Assembly (NCBI GenBank): GCA_964016885.1
Contig: CAXHJY010001530.1
Span: 1 to 64,000 of the forward strand
Direction: 5' to 3'
Length of the DNA stretch: 64,000 nt
Source of the DNA: Eledone cirrhosa
Lineage: Eukaryota
The translations under genes and the position numbers were made by a program. This document shows positions 37,729-49,900 of the stretch, piece after piece (positions within the stretch are counted from its first letter, which is position 1; every line of letters starts with the position of its first letter). The notes beneath the pieces were generated by a model. The model was not told the origin of the DNA and searched no databases. It saw only the letters and a program-made list of their open reading frames with translations.

Positions 37729-39560
37729 ATGGAAATTTTCGGCCTTGAAACGGTAAACAGCGTTCAGGTCAAAAGTTTAAAAGCAGCCACTGTAGATTTC
37801 ACCACAACTACGACGGCTATAGGCATGCCTGTCGTCCACTCTACTGAATGTGAAGGCAAAACTCAAAAGCTTCTGTGTTAGCAGCAGTATCATCTGAAAA
37901 CGACATCACCACCACCACCGCAACAACACCAATAACGACAATACCAACAACAAGAGCATCAGAGGCACCACATTTGCTGCAGCAGCAGCAAAAACAAAGC
38001 GCTTATTGGATATTGATATTAGCGATAAAGACGAACAGTTGGCCCAGGCATGGAGGCTAATTAAACGGATGAAGTCCTGGGCAAACCTGACCATCCCGGA
38101 CGGGGCAATAGCGGCCATACAAAGGAGGACGGTCTACTTTCGATGCATTTCGGTGCAGACATGAAAAGTGGAACTTGCCAGCCAAGCGGAGGTCGAGGCT
38201 GCTTTGGAGTGCATCGGAAGTGACATAGAGTATAAAGCAAGAGCCAAACACTTCGGTACCATCTCGGTACTGTTCAAAACCGAGGCCCTTACTATTAAGC
38301 ACTCAGTGACCCCCTGCAGAACTGAACCGCATTATCATGCACCCGTCCTACATGGGTAAAAGAACAGTAAAGGTCCGCATTCCCCGCATCCCACCAGGAA
38401 TGAACATATGGTGGCTGCTGGGATGCGTAATCGAGGAGGAGACAGACACTACCCTCCTGGATATCAAAAGGACAGAGAAAGAAGAATGGTCCGGAATGGA
38501 TTTGGAGATTCTTCTCCAAAGGAAACTGGAGGTCATGAACAACATCCCGGATTTTGCCCGCCTGCAGGACGGGACAACAATCCAACTAATCACTGAGGGA
38601 AGAAGGCCACACTGCTTCGTCTGCGGGGAAGCAACGCATCTGCAAGCCTTCTGCCCTCAGCGCAAAAATTCAGGGGGTCGCAAACCTCCTTTGTTGCCAA
38701 CGCCAGTGTCAGCACGGAAAACTGCACCACCACTACCACCAAAAACAACACCAACAAAGACACGGACACCAACATCAAAAACAGCTGGACCACCACCAAC
38801 ACCGAAACCAATCCAAGGAGAAAACGAAGAAAGCCCTCCCCCCCCCCCAATTATACACATAGACAAAACAATAAACGCACACACAGACACAGAAACACTC
38901 ACAGCCACAGACCCTTTGTCTTCCAGCAGCGAAGATGAAGGAAAACCCGAAAGTGCAAAAAATCTCTACAAAAAAAAGCCCCAACAAAACACAAAAACAT
39001 ACACAACAAAAAATACAGACACCACTAACGCAAACACTTTCCCAATAACATCAGCACCAACAACAAACATCGACACCACCCCACAATCCCCGAAACGCAA
39101 ACAACCTAAACAAACACAAGTACAAATAAACACACAAATACCTGAACTTGCAGACACCACACCTACAAAAAACACAGACATACCCGAAACAACACCACCA
39201 AAGCCATCACCACCATAGTCACCAAAACGAAAACAAATAAAACCACACCAACAAAATGTTAAAAACTTCGTGCTTGTCAGAAGGGGCAACGATAAACTGA
39301 TGGCCCTCTTAGCATGAAAGGAGGACATTCAAACAGAGGGGGAGATTTTTGAAATGAGGACATTTTGCGTGCCAAAAGATTTGCTTCTGGTCCGAATGTC
39401 ACTCGATTCCTTCAAAGAAATTCGAGAGAGCTTTCCTCAAGACGTGGGCACCCCGAATGTGAAACCCACATCGAGACTTTTAAAGGGGTTCCCAAAAGAA
39501 ACCCCACCAACCATGGAGGTCGAACCACCCGACCTTCACAAGACCCCGGGAGGTAAGTAA
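37729..39560 (+). pseudogene. Tx1-type ORF1 (gag-like: zinc knuckle, Pro/Thr-rich linker, extra C-terminal segment)
   Basis: CFVCGEATHLQAFC; ORFs 38337-39218 and 39354-39560 share a frame across two stops; upstream pieces are frameshifted. Confidence 0.75.
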
Positions 39561-39589
39561 ACCTTCCCTCTCTCTTTTAGCTTGCCAAC

Positions 39590-42500
39590 ATGGCCATATT
39601 AAGAGTAGGAAGTTTAAAAGTTTGTGGCCTGGGGTCACGCGGGAAGCAGGGTCGCCTGCTCAACGACCTCAGGTCGCTGGAAATGCATGTGATTGCCGTC
39701 AGCGAGACCAGAATTTCCGATACGCGCGCACTAGCCTCCATTTTCGACGACTATCAGATCTTGGCATCTGTTAGCAGGCCGGGAATGAGGGGTGGGGTGG
39801 CAGTGCTGTTTAGGAAAGGACTGGATCTCGAGGTAAGGTCGATCTTCCGGGACCCGGACGGTAAGTTGGTGGTGTCTTTAGACTGCTGGCCGTATACGCT
39901 ACTACAGGGGCCGGACGACCGGACTTTTTTAGGCGCCTGGAGACCTTTCTGGGTACGTCTCGCCCTTTACTGTTAGCGGGGGATTGGAATGGCATCTTAG
40001 ACGCCCGCTGGGATTCTGTGGGAGTAGCTGATAGGAGCGGGGGTGGTGGGTGGGGGGTGCAAAAGCCTCAAGCACCTACTCAGCCAGTTCCAACTGTCTG
40101 ACAGGTATCGACTATATTTCCCCAATGGACATGGACCAACCGAATGGGGTCAGCTAGATCGTATATAGACAGGATCTTCATTAGGAAAATAGATAGAAAT
40201 AGTGTAGGCTGCCCACTTTTTAAAACGGTCGCCTATTCAGATCACACATTTGAGATCTGTATGGTCGACCTAGATAAAACTCGTAGGGTGGGACCGGGTT
40301 ACTGGAAGATGAACATATCATTTCCGGCACGTAAGGCTTACAGGGACCGCGTCAATAATTAAGCAAAAGTTGACAGGGGGATCATCAACAACAGATGGTG
40401 GGGGGCTCTCAAAAGAGAGATTAGAGTAACTTCGATAGAGTTCAGCAAAGAACTAGCGTTAGAGAAAAATAGAAAGGAGGGGGAACTGGTAGATAGGTTA
40501 GACGAGGCTATTTGTAGTGGCATTGCAACTGACGTTCTAGCGGCAAGAATGGCATTAGACCATTTCTTCAATGCGAAACACGAAGGTTGCATTGCTAAGG
40601 CGCGTGCGGTGAGAAACGAGGCAACCAAAGCTGTTCGATGGGCCCGCGTGGCGGAGGCGCAGCGTGGTAATAAAACCACAATTCGGTCTTTGGCGGACCG
40701 AGACGGACACGAGATAAGCGATTCCAAGCGAATGTGTGAGGCCTTTCGCCAACAGTTTGCTCGGTTGTTCGGGGAGAGTGGCGAGTCAGAGAGAGTAGCG
40801 GATTTCAGTCCCTACATTGACGGCTTGCCGCGCATCTCGACGGTCGACGCTGAGCGCTGCGAAAGGCCGATTACTTCAGCCGAAATTGAGGACGCCCTTT
40901 TCGGCTGCATGAGGCGCAAGTCACTCGGTTTGGATGGCCTGCCCTACGAGCTTTACGCAAATATGCCAGACTTGTTCTCCGATCTCCTCGAAGCACTCTA
41001 CTGCAACTGGCAGCAGCAGAATGGGAGTATTCCCAGTTCTGTAAGCAGGGGAGTGGTGACGCTGATAAGGAAAGACGAGAACAAGAGGGATACATTAGAC
41101 AACTTCAGGCCCATAACTCTGCTCAACACAGAGTTTAAGATTTTGGCCAAGGTGTTAGCAAAGAGATTGGCGCTTGTCGTTGAGGATTTGGTTGGGGAGG
41201 CGCAAACTTGCGCAATCCCAGCCAGGTCCATACACGACAATCTCCACCTCATGCGATACAACATAGAAATGGTAGGGTGTAAACCTGGCTTCGGTGGGGC
41301 ACTGATCAATTTAGATCAATCGAAAGCATTCGATAGGGTCCACCATCGGTATCTGGAGTTTGTCCTCAAAGCAGCTGGCTTCGGCCCTGTCTTCAGAAGC
41401 TGGATTGCTGCAATGCACAGCGGCACACGCTCGGTGGTCAAGGTTAATGGCCACCTCCCGGAACCATTTCGACTCTCCCGATCGGTCCGTCAAGGGTGCC
41501 CTCTCTCTTCCCTTCTGTACGTATTGACTCTCGAGCCTTTACTGCGGAAGCTGGAGCTGTTGCAGGGCATCCCGCTCGAACTGGGACGTGGAAAGGCGGT
41601 GTCGGCTTATGCGGACGACATCACCGTGATGGTGTCGACCACCTCCGCCAGTCTCACCCAAAAATGGGCTGGGAGAAAGCTATTACTGAAAGGTCGCGCG
41701 GAGGTGGCGAATGCATACATCGCGTACGTCATCTACTACCGCCTGACTGTCGTGCCCTGCCCCCGTCCGCGCCTCGTCAAGTTGGAACGGCTCCTCTTCA
41801 AATTCTTGTGGAGGGGACAAGTTCCGTTGGTGAGGCGGTCCATCTGCTGCCAGCACCCTCTACGCGGAGGGCTGGGCATGCCGTGGCTAATGATGCGCAG
41901 ACATGCGTTGAGGCTGCGACATCTCCAGATATTCTGCCTAAACGGTGAACAGGTGTGGTTGACGTTTATCAGACGGGCCTTTCCGCAGCTCATTTTTTTG
42001 ACTGAGCTTCAGTCCTGGGTCAAGAAGAAACCGAGACTGGGTGACTGGCACCTTGAATGTTACCAGGCACTCACTGCCCTCTACCAAGCGGGCAATGCGA
42101 TCAGTGGAACTTCCACTCTCGAGTTCTATAGAGGATTAGTGGTGGGCAAGTGCGATGATGCACTCGGAGAAGCTTTGGGCCTCGACGAAGTCGAACTGAC
42201 CAGTCTGTACCGGAGGACTTTCGAGCCGGGGACGATGGAAAATTTCCAGAAATCCCTCGCAGTGCTACCTGGGAGCATTGCCGGTTCGGGATAAACTCTA
42301 CATGCACGAAAGTGCTGTCAGACGGACCTGCCCAAGATGCGCACAGAACGACGAAACCGATCTGCACGCACTTGTCCAATGTCCGTGCATTACTGACTTA
42401 TGGAGTTATGTCGAACAGCTACTGTCGCGTGTGGAACGAATCCGGCTATCGGCCGAGTCCATATGAAGATCGACCCGCCACCTTCCTTAGGTCAGGAAGA

Positions 42501-42714
42501 GCAGGAAATTTTCCTGTCTGGTGGCAGTTGCGAAAGAGGTTATATGGTGGACCAGATTAAAAGAACTGAAGACATCAACTTCTTCAAGTTTCACCTGGAA
42601 AGGAAGGTGAGGGTGGAGAGAGAAGTGCTGCCCCCCAGTACATTTGCTAAAAGGTGGATGAATGTGGCGAGAATGGCTCGTGTGAATGGGCCTACTCTGA
42701 CCATGCGCCTATAG
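39590..42714 (+). pseudogene. Tx1-type ORF2 (APE endonuclease, reverse transcriptase, C-terminal zinc finger)
   Basis: VIAVSET, GDWN, SYIDRIF, YSDH, GYWKMN, NFRPITLLN, LDQSKAFDRV, VRQGCPLS, AYADD and CPRC..ET..HALVQC; several frameshifts and an apparent internal deletion just after YADD. Confidence 0.9.
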
Positions 42715-43249
42715 GCTGGCTAACCTGAGGAGAGGGGTGCTCTCCCTGGGTGCCCGAGAAGTGCAGGGTGGTTCAGGATTGGTGGGGTACCCGAGTCACC
42801 CCAGGGTCGTCCACCCCCTATCGGGGAATTTATTTTGTTATATTTATGCATAGTTTATTTTATATTTTTATATCTTCATTGTTAAATTAGTCTTGCCATT
42901 GTGCACTTTTACTCGACCTTATTGTAAACCCCACTGTCCCTGTCTTTGTATTGTCCCTTACATGTCGGCCCTTGTGGCTAATAAATGAAATCATTATTAT
43001 TATTATAAAATAAAGTACCAGTAATACACTGGGATAATTGCTGGCCTTGTGTCAAAAGTAGAAACAATTATTATTATTATAATTATTGTTACTATTATTA
43101 TTACTTTTTATTTATTTTTTTTTTTTTCCCCAATTCAATGATGTTCCAAAACAATATAAAAGAGATAACTGGCAATAAGGATTCTGGAACAAAAAAGATA
43201 ATTGGCAATATGGGCAGAGGCCCCAGGTTATCACAGCCTGGGCCCGCTC

Positions 43250-44070
43250 GTCATGGTGCCATTGTAATAGAGCTAAACAAGGCATTTAGTCTTGGCTGCT
43301 GGAACGTATGGACGCTGCTTGACAGGGATTCCTTGGAGCGTCCTGAACGACGGACCGCTCTTGTTGCAAAGGAGCTTCGACGTTACGATCTTGACATCGT
43401 GGCTTTATCTGAGACGAGGTTAGCTGGAGATGGTCATCTTACAGAATCTTGTGGAAAATATACATTCTTCTGGAAAGGAAGAGATGGAGGAACCAGAAGA
43501 GAGGCTGTGGTAGCATTTGCTGTTAAGACTGTTCTTGTGAATAAATTAGAAGAATTCCCAGTAGGGATTAGTGAGCGTCTTATGTCCATGAGAATTCCGC
43601 TGGACAAAGGAAGATATGCGACCCTGGTGAGTATGTATGCTCCAACTATGAATTCTGTCGATGAAGAAAAAATATCCTTTTACCATGTCTTGAAAGGTGT
43701 TTTAAGAAATATCCCTCAGACAGACAAAGTCATCGTGCTTGGTGACTTTAATGCTAGAGTGGGTAGGGATTTTAACACATGGAGTGTAATCGGAAGGCAT
43801 GGGGTGGGAAAGTGTAACAACAATGGTATGCTCCTGCTGCAGATGTGTGAGGAGCTGGATCTGTGTGTTACCAACACCATGTTCCAACAAAAGAACAAAT
43901 TTAAGACCATATGGATGCATCCTGCATCTAAGGAATGGCATCTTTTGGACTGCGTCCTAGTCAGGATGCGTGATAGACAGGATGTGCAGTGTGTTCGTGC
44001 TCTTCGTGGAGCTGAGTGCTGGACGGACCACCGCCTGGTACGCGCAAAAGTGAAACTAATCACTAACGCT
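43250..44070 (+). mobile_element. RTE-BovB-like LINE, APE endonuclease fragment
   Basis: ORF 43138-44157: WNV.TLLD..RPERRTALVAKELRRYDLDIVALSETR, YAPT, LGDFNARVG, WHLLD and CWTDHRLV; cut off at its 3' side by a SINE. Confidence 0.88.
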
Positions 44071-44082
44071 AAAAAGATACAT

Positions 44083-44200
44083 AACTGTTTCTACTTTAGG
44101 CACAAGGCCAGCAATTACCCAGTGCATTACTGGTACTTTATTTTATCGACCCCGTGAGGATGAAAGGCAAAGTCAACCTCGGCGGGATTTGAACTCAGAT
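44083..44200 (-). mobile_element. SINE fragment (family of 35405-35582; another fragment at 43006-43075 on +)
   Basis: Near-exact reverse complement of 35460-35575. Confidence 0.8.
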
Positions 44201-44420
44201 CTAAAAAGATACATAACAACACCAAAACACAAATTTACAACAATAACAATACAATCACCACCGAACACAACAGAATATCTAATACACAACCACCCGCTAA
44301 TAGGCAAACAAAACGTAACACACTTGTTCAGGCATCGCAGCCCACAAACAATGCCAAAGTTGCCCATGACAAAAACTGTAACTGCCACCTACTGAAACCT
44401 GTCCATTACATAATGAATGT

Positions 44421-44804
44421 ATGCAGTCTAACCTGGTTTACCAATGCACAGTAGAATCAGACAACCAGAAATGGTATTACATCGGAGCGACTGGGAATAC
44501 ATTTAAAGCTCGTTGGTATACACACCGTTACGCAATGAAACATTCCCAACACCGTTATGTAACTACCCTTGCAAACAAGACCAGGCAACTGAGGGAAAGT
44601 AACCATCAATACACCCTGAAGTGGAAAAAATTATCGAACGCGCCCCCATATCGGAGTGGTATGAGAAGCTGTCGATTATGCGACCTTGAGCTGTTCCACG
44701 TCTTAAGTTCGAAGAATAAGTTACTCAACAATAAAATCGAGAGATCAATTTATTGTAACCATAGACTCAAAGAGAAGTTTTCGCACTACAAATCGAACCC
44801 TTAA
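44421..44804 (+). pseudogene. PLE GIY-YIG endonuclease domain
   Basis: LVY-x11-YIG plus conserved R, H, E and N positions. Confidence 0.82.
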
Positions 44805-45341
44805 CCTCTTACTACCAACTGACAAACTGCATATACTTAGACTTTATACCCTTTTGTTGTATCTAAACGCCTTAATTACCCACAAAACCAATACATATAT
44901 CCCCCACTTCTCCCTCATTCCTCTTCTATTTCTTCCTTACTTCCCTCCCCTTCTTGGCTACCTTTTCTTTTCTTCTTTATCACCCCCTTCTTTGCTTTTA
45001 TTTTTGTCATTATTATCTTTATTTTTTTAATATATTTATTTATCTCTTTATATCCCCCCTATCTCTCCCTCTCTATCGATCCCTCCCACTATGATCAATT
45101 TAATTCTCTTTAACTCACTACATTCCACATGAAGTCTGCTATCAAAACTGACCAAGGAATCCTTCCACCTCTACCCCTCCCTCCATCTCAGTTTGTCATT
45201 CTACTTCCTACCTCTTCCTCTCTCTCTATACTATTCCGTATGTCCCCTCACCTCCTGATTCCTCTCTCTATATACTAGTAAATACAATTCCAAATAAATG
45301 TTTATCTCTATATATTAAGAATTATTTCAAGAGTAACTTAC

Positions 45342-45443
45342 TATTTTGAAAATTTGGACTGTGAACAACAATTATAATTGAGTGGCTGCTATTTGCAGTA
45401 TAGCAATATAAGGTTGCACTTACCAATGAAACGGTCGTAAATA
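45342..45443 (+). ncRNA. Candidate type I hammerhead ribozyme, U3-A8 core, long branched stem II
   Basis: UAUU-UUGAAAA-uUUGG...CCAAu-GAAA-CGGUCG-UA-AAUA; lies in the PLE 3' repeat where HHRs are expected. Confidence 0.55.
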
Positions 45444-45591
45444 CCTGAATAAAATCCTTCTCTTAATGCTTACCTGTGTTTTCTCTTTTATACTTTATAT
45501 GTGGAGTTAACCCTAACCATACGTTGAAACCATCCATGAAACTGGCTTTCTTAACCAAAAACTGGATCACAATAAGCAATTTTTTGCCTCT

Positions 45592-45626
<35 letters not shown>

Positions 45627-45632
<6 letters not shown>

Positions 45633-46095
45633 TTGGAGCTCTGAAATAGCAATATATATATGGATGTATATATAATGTATTTTGCAATCCACTTTATGCT
45701 TAATTAAAAGCATTTTGAAGACCGTAAGCTATTGTTTTAAAGTAGTGACAAATTCACTCACTTTGATCTCAGCAAACAGGGGAGATAAGCCGACAAGTCT
45801 TTTTTCGCTTTGGTTGAAGCTTATCAAGGCCAACTACCTCAACCTGTTTACTGAGATCATTGATGTTATATTCTTATAGAAATCTAGTAAATAATCAGGA
45901 GCTGATTATGCAGAGCTGTTGTTGGTCAGGCAGAAATTAAAAATTAGAATTGGAGCTCTGAAATAGCAATATATATATGGATGTATATATAATGTATTTT
46001 GCAATACACTTTATGCTTAATTAAAAGCATTTTGAAGACCGTAAGCTATTGTTTCAAAGTAGTGACAAATTCACTCACTTTGATCTCAGCAAACA
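45627..46095 (-). mobile_element. Partial tandem (317-bp period, about 1.5 copies) non-coding element with HHR; retrozyme or PLE-repeat-like
   Basis: 45627-45778 and 45944-46095 are near-identical direct repeats; HHR in the spacer; flanked by (TA)n. Confidence 0.7.
45788..45831 (-). ncRNA. Type I hammerhead ribozyme, U3-A8 core
   Basis: Minus strand: GGCC-UUGAUAA-GCUUcaaccaAAGC-GAAA-AAAGACUU-GUC-GGCU; one mismatch in stem III. Confidence 0.65.
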
Positions 46096-46159
46096 TATAT
46101 ATATACATAGGCACATGGCTTAGTGGTTAGAGCATTGGCCTTGAAATCGAAATATATAT

Positions 46160-46679
46160 ATCATCATCATCATCCTTGTTTAACGTCCACTTTCCACGCT
46201 AGCATGGGTTAGACGGGAGTTGTCCCACTTGAGGCAAGGTTGGTCGGGTGACCGTGTCTCGCTCATATAGGACTATCTGGCAGGTTTTCTACGGCTGGAT
46301 GCCCTTCCTAACACCAACCACATTTACAGTGTGGAACTGGGAACTTTTTACCGTGCTACCTACACGGCCACATTACAGCGTGAACTGTGTGTCCTTTTTC
46401 TCGTGACACCTACACGATCTCGATCTCGGTCTCATTTATCTCATTTATTTGGACTGGATGTTGTGGTACCAACTTTATAGAGAGGGGGTGGTGTTGGTGG
46501 GAGTGGGAAGATAGGGTAGGCGTAGTGCATTGAGGTGTATATTTATTTAAGAGGTGCCTAATGACTGTAGGTTTCGCTTTGTACATAGGCAAGGGCGGTC
46601 TTCTGTATTACTGCGTAGCGCCAAAGATCTCGGTCCAGTGACATTGTCTTAGAGAGGTGCAAGTGTGTAAGGTCGGAAT
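46160..46679 (-). mobile_element. RTE LINE 3' end (ORF end, 3' UTR, (GAT)n tail)
   Basis: Homologous to 3500-3985 and 46935-47420. Confidence 0.85.
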
Positions 46680-46712
46680 ATGTATATATATATATATAGT
46701 AAAAGAGTCAGG

Positions 46713-46808
46713 ATCCCGATGGCTGAGCTCTGGCCGTTTCAACAGCTAGATCTAAACTAAGCCACCAGTATTAGAACGGCAGGAATCTAGCTGAACTTAT
46801 CAAGGGGT
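46713..46808 (-). ncRNA. Degenerate type I hammerhead ribozyme, U3-A8 core, long stem II, in a short (TA)n-flanked element (about 46697-46928)
   Basis: Minus strand: ACCCC-UUGAUAA-guuCAGCUAGAU...AUCUAGCUGuu-GAAA-CGGCCagagcucAGCCA-UC-GGGAU; the copy near 12393-12424 supplies the intact stem III, GUC and GGGGU. Confidence 0.6.
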
Positions 46809-46934
46809 AAGCCCATATATGGGCATGCAGGCAAAACAAGAAAAGCAGAAATATCTAAGCAAATAATCCTAACAATTTGTTGTTTTTCTTCTCTGTCACT
46901 GGGAGTGGTCAATGATCTGGGATGTCGTATATAT

Positions 46935-49900
46935 ATATCATCATCATTATCATCATCGTTTAACGTCCATATTCCACGCTTGCATGGGTTTGGACGGGAG
47001 TTTTCCCACTTGAGGCAAGAGTGGTTGTCTTGCTCGCATAGGACTGTCTGGCGGGTTTTCTACGGCTGGATGCCCTTCCTAACACCAACCACATTTACAG
47101 TGTGGAACTGGGAGGTTTTTACCGTGTTACCTACACGGCCACATTACAGCGTGGACTGTGTGTTTTTTTGTCGTGACACCTACACGACCTCATTTGTTTC
47201 GGCCTGGATGTTGTGGTACCAACATAACTTTACATTGAAAGGGGCGGTGTGGATGGGGTGAGGGTAGTGGGACGGGGGTGTATTTTGTTAGAGGTGCCTA
47301 CTGACTGTAGTAGGTTTTACTTTGTATTTAGGTAAGGCGGGTCTTCTCTATTACTGAGTACCGCCAAAGATCTCGGTCCAGTGACATTGTCTTGGAGAGG
47401 TATAAGTGTGTGAGGTCGGAATTTATCAAGCCGTCCCAGGTTTTTCTGGGTCTGCCTACTCCGTGGCTACCGTCTATTTTTATTGCCATGCACTTTTTTA
47501 TACAGCTGTCGTCATTCATGCGCATCACGTGACCATACCAACGTAGCCTTCTCTCGAGTAAACAACATCTGATCCCTCTTATTTCTAATTTTTTCCTTAG
47601 TTCGTTAATGCTTTGCCGTTCACGTATATTACTATTACACATCCAGCGGAGCATGCAAGCTTAGTTCCTCTCTAGTCTGCGTATATCTTCTGCACACAAT
47701 GCCCAGGTTTCACTGCCATGCAACATTGCTGTTAGTATGCAGGCATCATACAGCCTGCCTTTCATTTTTCGGGAGAACCCTTTAGCGGCTAATAGTGGTA
47801 TAAGCTCTCTGAACTTTTTCCATCCAGTTCTGACTCTAGCTACTGTACTTTCTGAGCACCCTCCCCCACTGCTGATTTTGTCACCCAGGTAACGGAAGCT
47901 GTCCACTATTTCTATAGAACCCTCTGTGCAATTGAAAGAGCTAGTATTTTGTGGGCACTTGCTGCTACTTATTGCACCAGAGTACCGGCCACATTGAAAA
48001 TCTATGTTCTTAGTTAGCTTACCTGTGATCCCACTACATCTTTTATGCACCCATACTTTGCATTTGGGACATAAAATGGAGTTTCTACCTACGCCTTTCC
48101 TACACACTGAGCATAGCCATTTCCCGGATGGGACCGGCGCCCTATTGTCCTACCTACAAACTAGAATTTTAGTCTTAGCCAGGTTAATTTTAAGGCCTTT
48201 TGATTCTAGGCCGTGCTTTCATGTTTGGAATTTCTTCTCTAGTTCGGCCATTGATTCAGCTATAACCTTTAGATCATCTGCGTATAGGATTTCCCATGGG
48301 CAGCCGGTCTTGAACTCCACTGTTATAGCCTGATAGTAGGGGGCTAAGAACGGAGCCCTGATGAACAACTTTTACGCTAAACTCTTCACTATATTCGTTG
48401 TTAATTTTAACCTTGCTGACTGTTTCTTTATACATGGCTTGTATAGCTCTCAGAAGCCATTCATCAACACCTAGTTTTCTAAGAGCGCACCAGATAATGG
48501 AACGGGGGACTCTGTCGAAGGCTTTCTCCAAGTCGACAAAAGCTAAGTATAGGGGGTTTACTTTTAGCTAGGTACTTCTCCTGTAGTTGTCGTACAATGA
48601 AAAGAGCGTCTGTGGTACTTTTGCCTGACACAAACCCGAACTGCATTTCATCTAGATCAATTCTCTCTCTGATTAGTTGCGCTATTACTTTTTCCGTGAC
48701 CTTCATGACCTGGTCGATTAATTTAATGCCTCTATAGTTACTCCTATCTAGGGCATCTCCTTTACCCTTGTAACAGTTGATGATGATGATGCTGCTACGC
48801 CAGTCCTTCGGAACAACCCCATTCTGTATGACTTGGTTTACTATCCGGGTGACCATGGTGTGTCCCACCGTTCCAGAGGCTTTCAGCATCTCAGCAACTA
48901 TTTCCGAAGGCCCAGCCGCCTTACCCGTCTTCATATTTTTGATTGCCTTACTTATTATACTACATTCGACTAACACTGCTAGTTCCTCTATTGGGTCGAT
49001 GTGGGGGAGACTGTCTTTCTCCCATTTATTCTCCTCATTTAGTAGCCTTTCGTAGTGACACTTCCAAGCTACCTTCTTATCAGCGTCAGTGATGGCAAGT
49101 ACACCATCATCATTAAGTACACACTTCTCCCCGACAATATCACGGTTTTCCTTGACACATTGCCTAGCAATCCTGAACATCTCACGTTTTTGGTCCTCGT
49201 GTTGTAGAACATGCTTGAACTTTCTTTCCTCTGCTTCCCTTCTTGCGAAGTACACTTGACTCCTATCTTCCCACTGGCCACTTGATAGTCTTCTCTACTT
49301 CCCCCATCCCTCCATACTTTCCAAGCCTGCTTTTTGGCCTTAATTGACTCCTCCACCTTACTGTTCCACCACCATGTTACTCTCCTCCTGCCTATAGGCC
49401 TGCTCCAGCCACAGACTTCGTCTGCCGCCATCAGCAGGTTTGCTTTCAGGAATTCCCACTGTTCCTCTATATTGTACGACTCTAAATGCTCTTCCTTACT
49501 GTCGAAAGCATCAAGTAATATGCTTTTAAATTTATTTCTGGTTGTGGGCTCCTTTACCTTCCATATTTTTCTCCTGAGGATAGTCCTCTTCTGCTGTCGA
49601 GTACGTCTCGTCCTGACTATGAGGTCGCTAATTATGAGTCTATGTTGGGAGGTGCATTCTTCAGGGGGGAGGGATTTAGTGTTTACAACAGACACTCTGT
49701 CACGTCTTCTGGTAAGGATATAATCTACCTGGCTGGTATGTTCCCCTGATCTGTAGGTGATCAAGTGATTGTCTCGTTTTTTGAAGTTATTGTTACAGAT
49801 AGTTAGGTTATTTGCGTCACAGAATTCCAGGATTCTGGAGCCTTCCTGATTTCTAGTACCAAACCCATAGCCTCCGTGGATTCCATCATAGCCGTCTCAA

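Larger units (their letters stand above)
37729..43005 (+). mobile_element. L1/Tx1-type LINE, near full length and pseudogenised, flanked by (TAT)n
   Basis: GC-rich island; ORF1 with CX2CX4HX4C knuckle, ORF2 with APE, RT and C-terminal Zn finger; AATAAA then (ATT)n at the 3' end. Confidence 0.9.
44200..45598 (+). mobile_element. Penelope-like element, Naiad-like, 5'-truncated (linker, GIY-YIG endonuclease, terminal repeat with HHR)
   Basis: CNC..TCPLHNEC linker across a frameshift, NLVYQC..YYIGATGNTFKARWYTH and CRLCDLE..LLN..CNH; ends in (TA)n. Confidence 0.82.

Noticed and set aside
42720-42820. CTGAGGA in the GC-rich Tx1 3' UTR as a hammerhead
   Set aside because: No correctly placed GAAA, stem III or NUH.
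43210-43250. GC-rich hairpin upstream of the RTE APE fragment as an HDV-like ribozyme
   Set aside because: Only a simple stem-loop is evident; I could not build the nested double pseudoknot.
43138-44157. 339-aa ORF as an intact host gene (craniofacial development protein 2-like annotation)
   Set aside because: It is a LINE APE domain whose ORF ends are borrowed from flanking sequence and a SINE.
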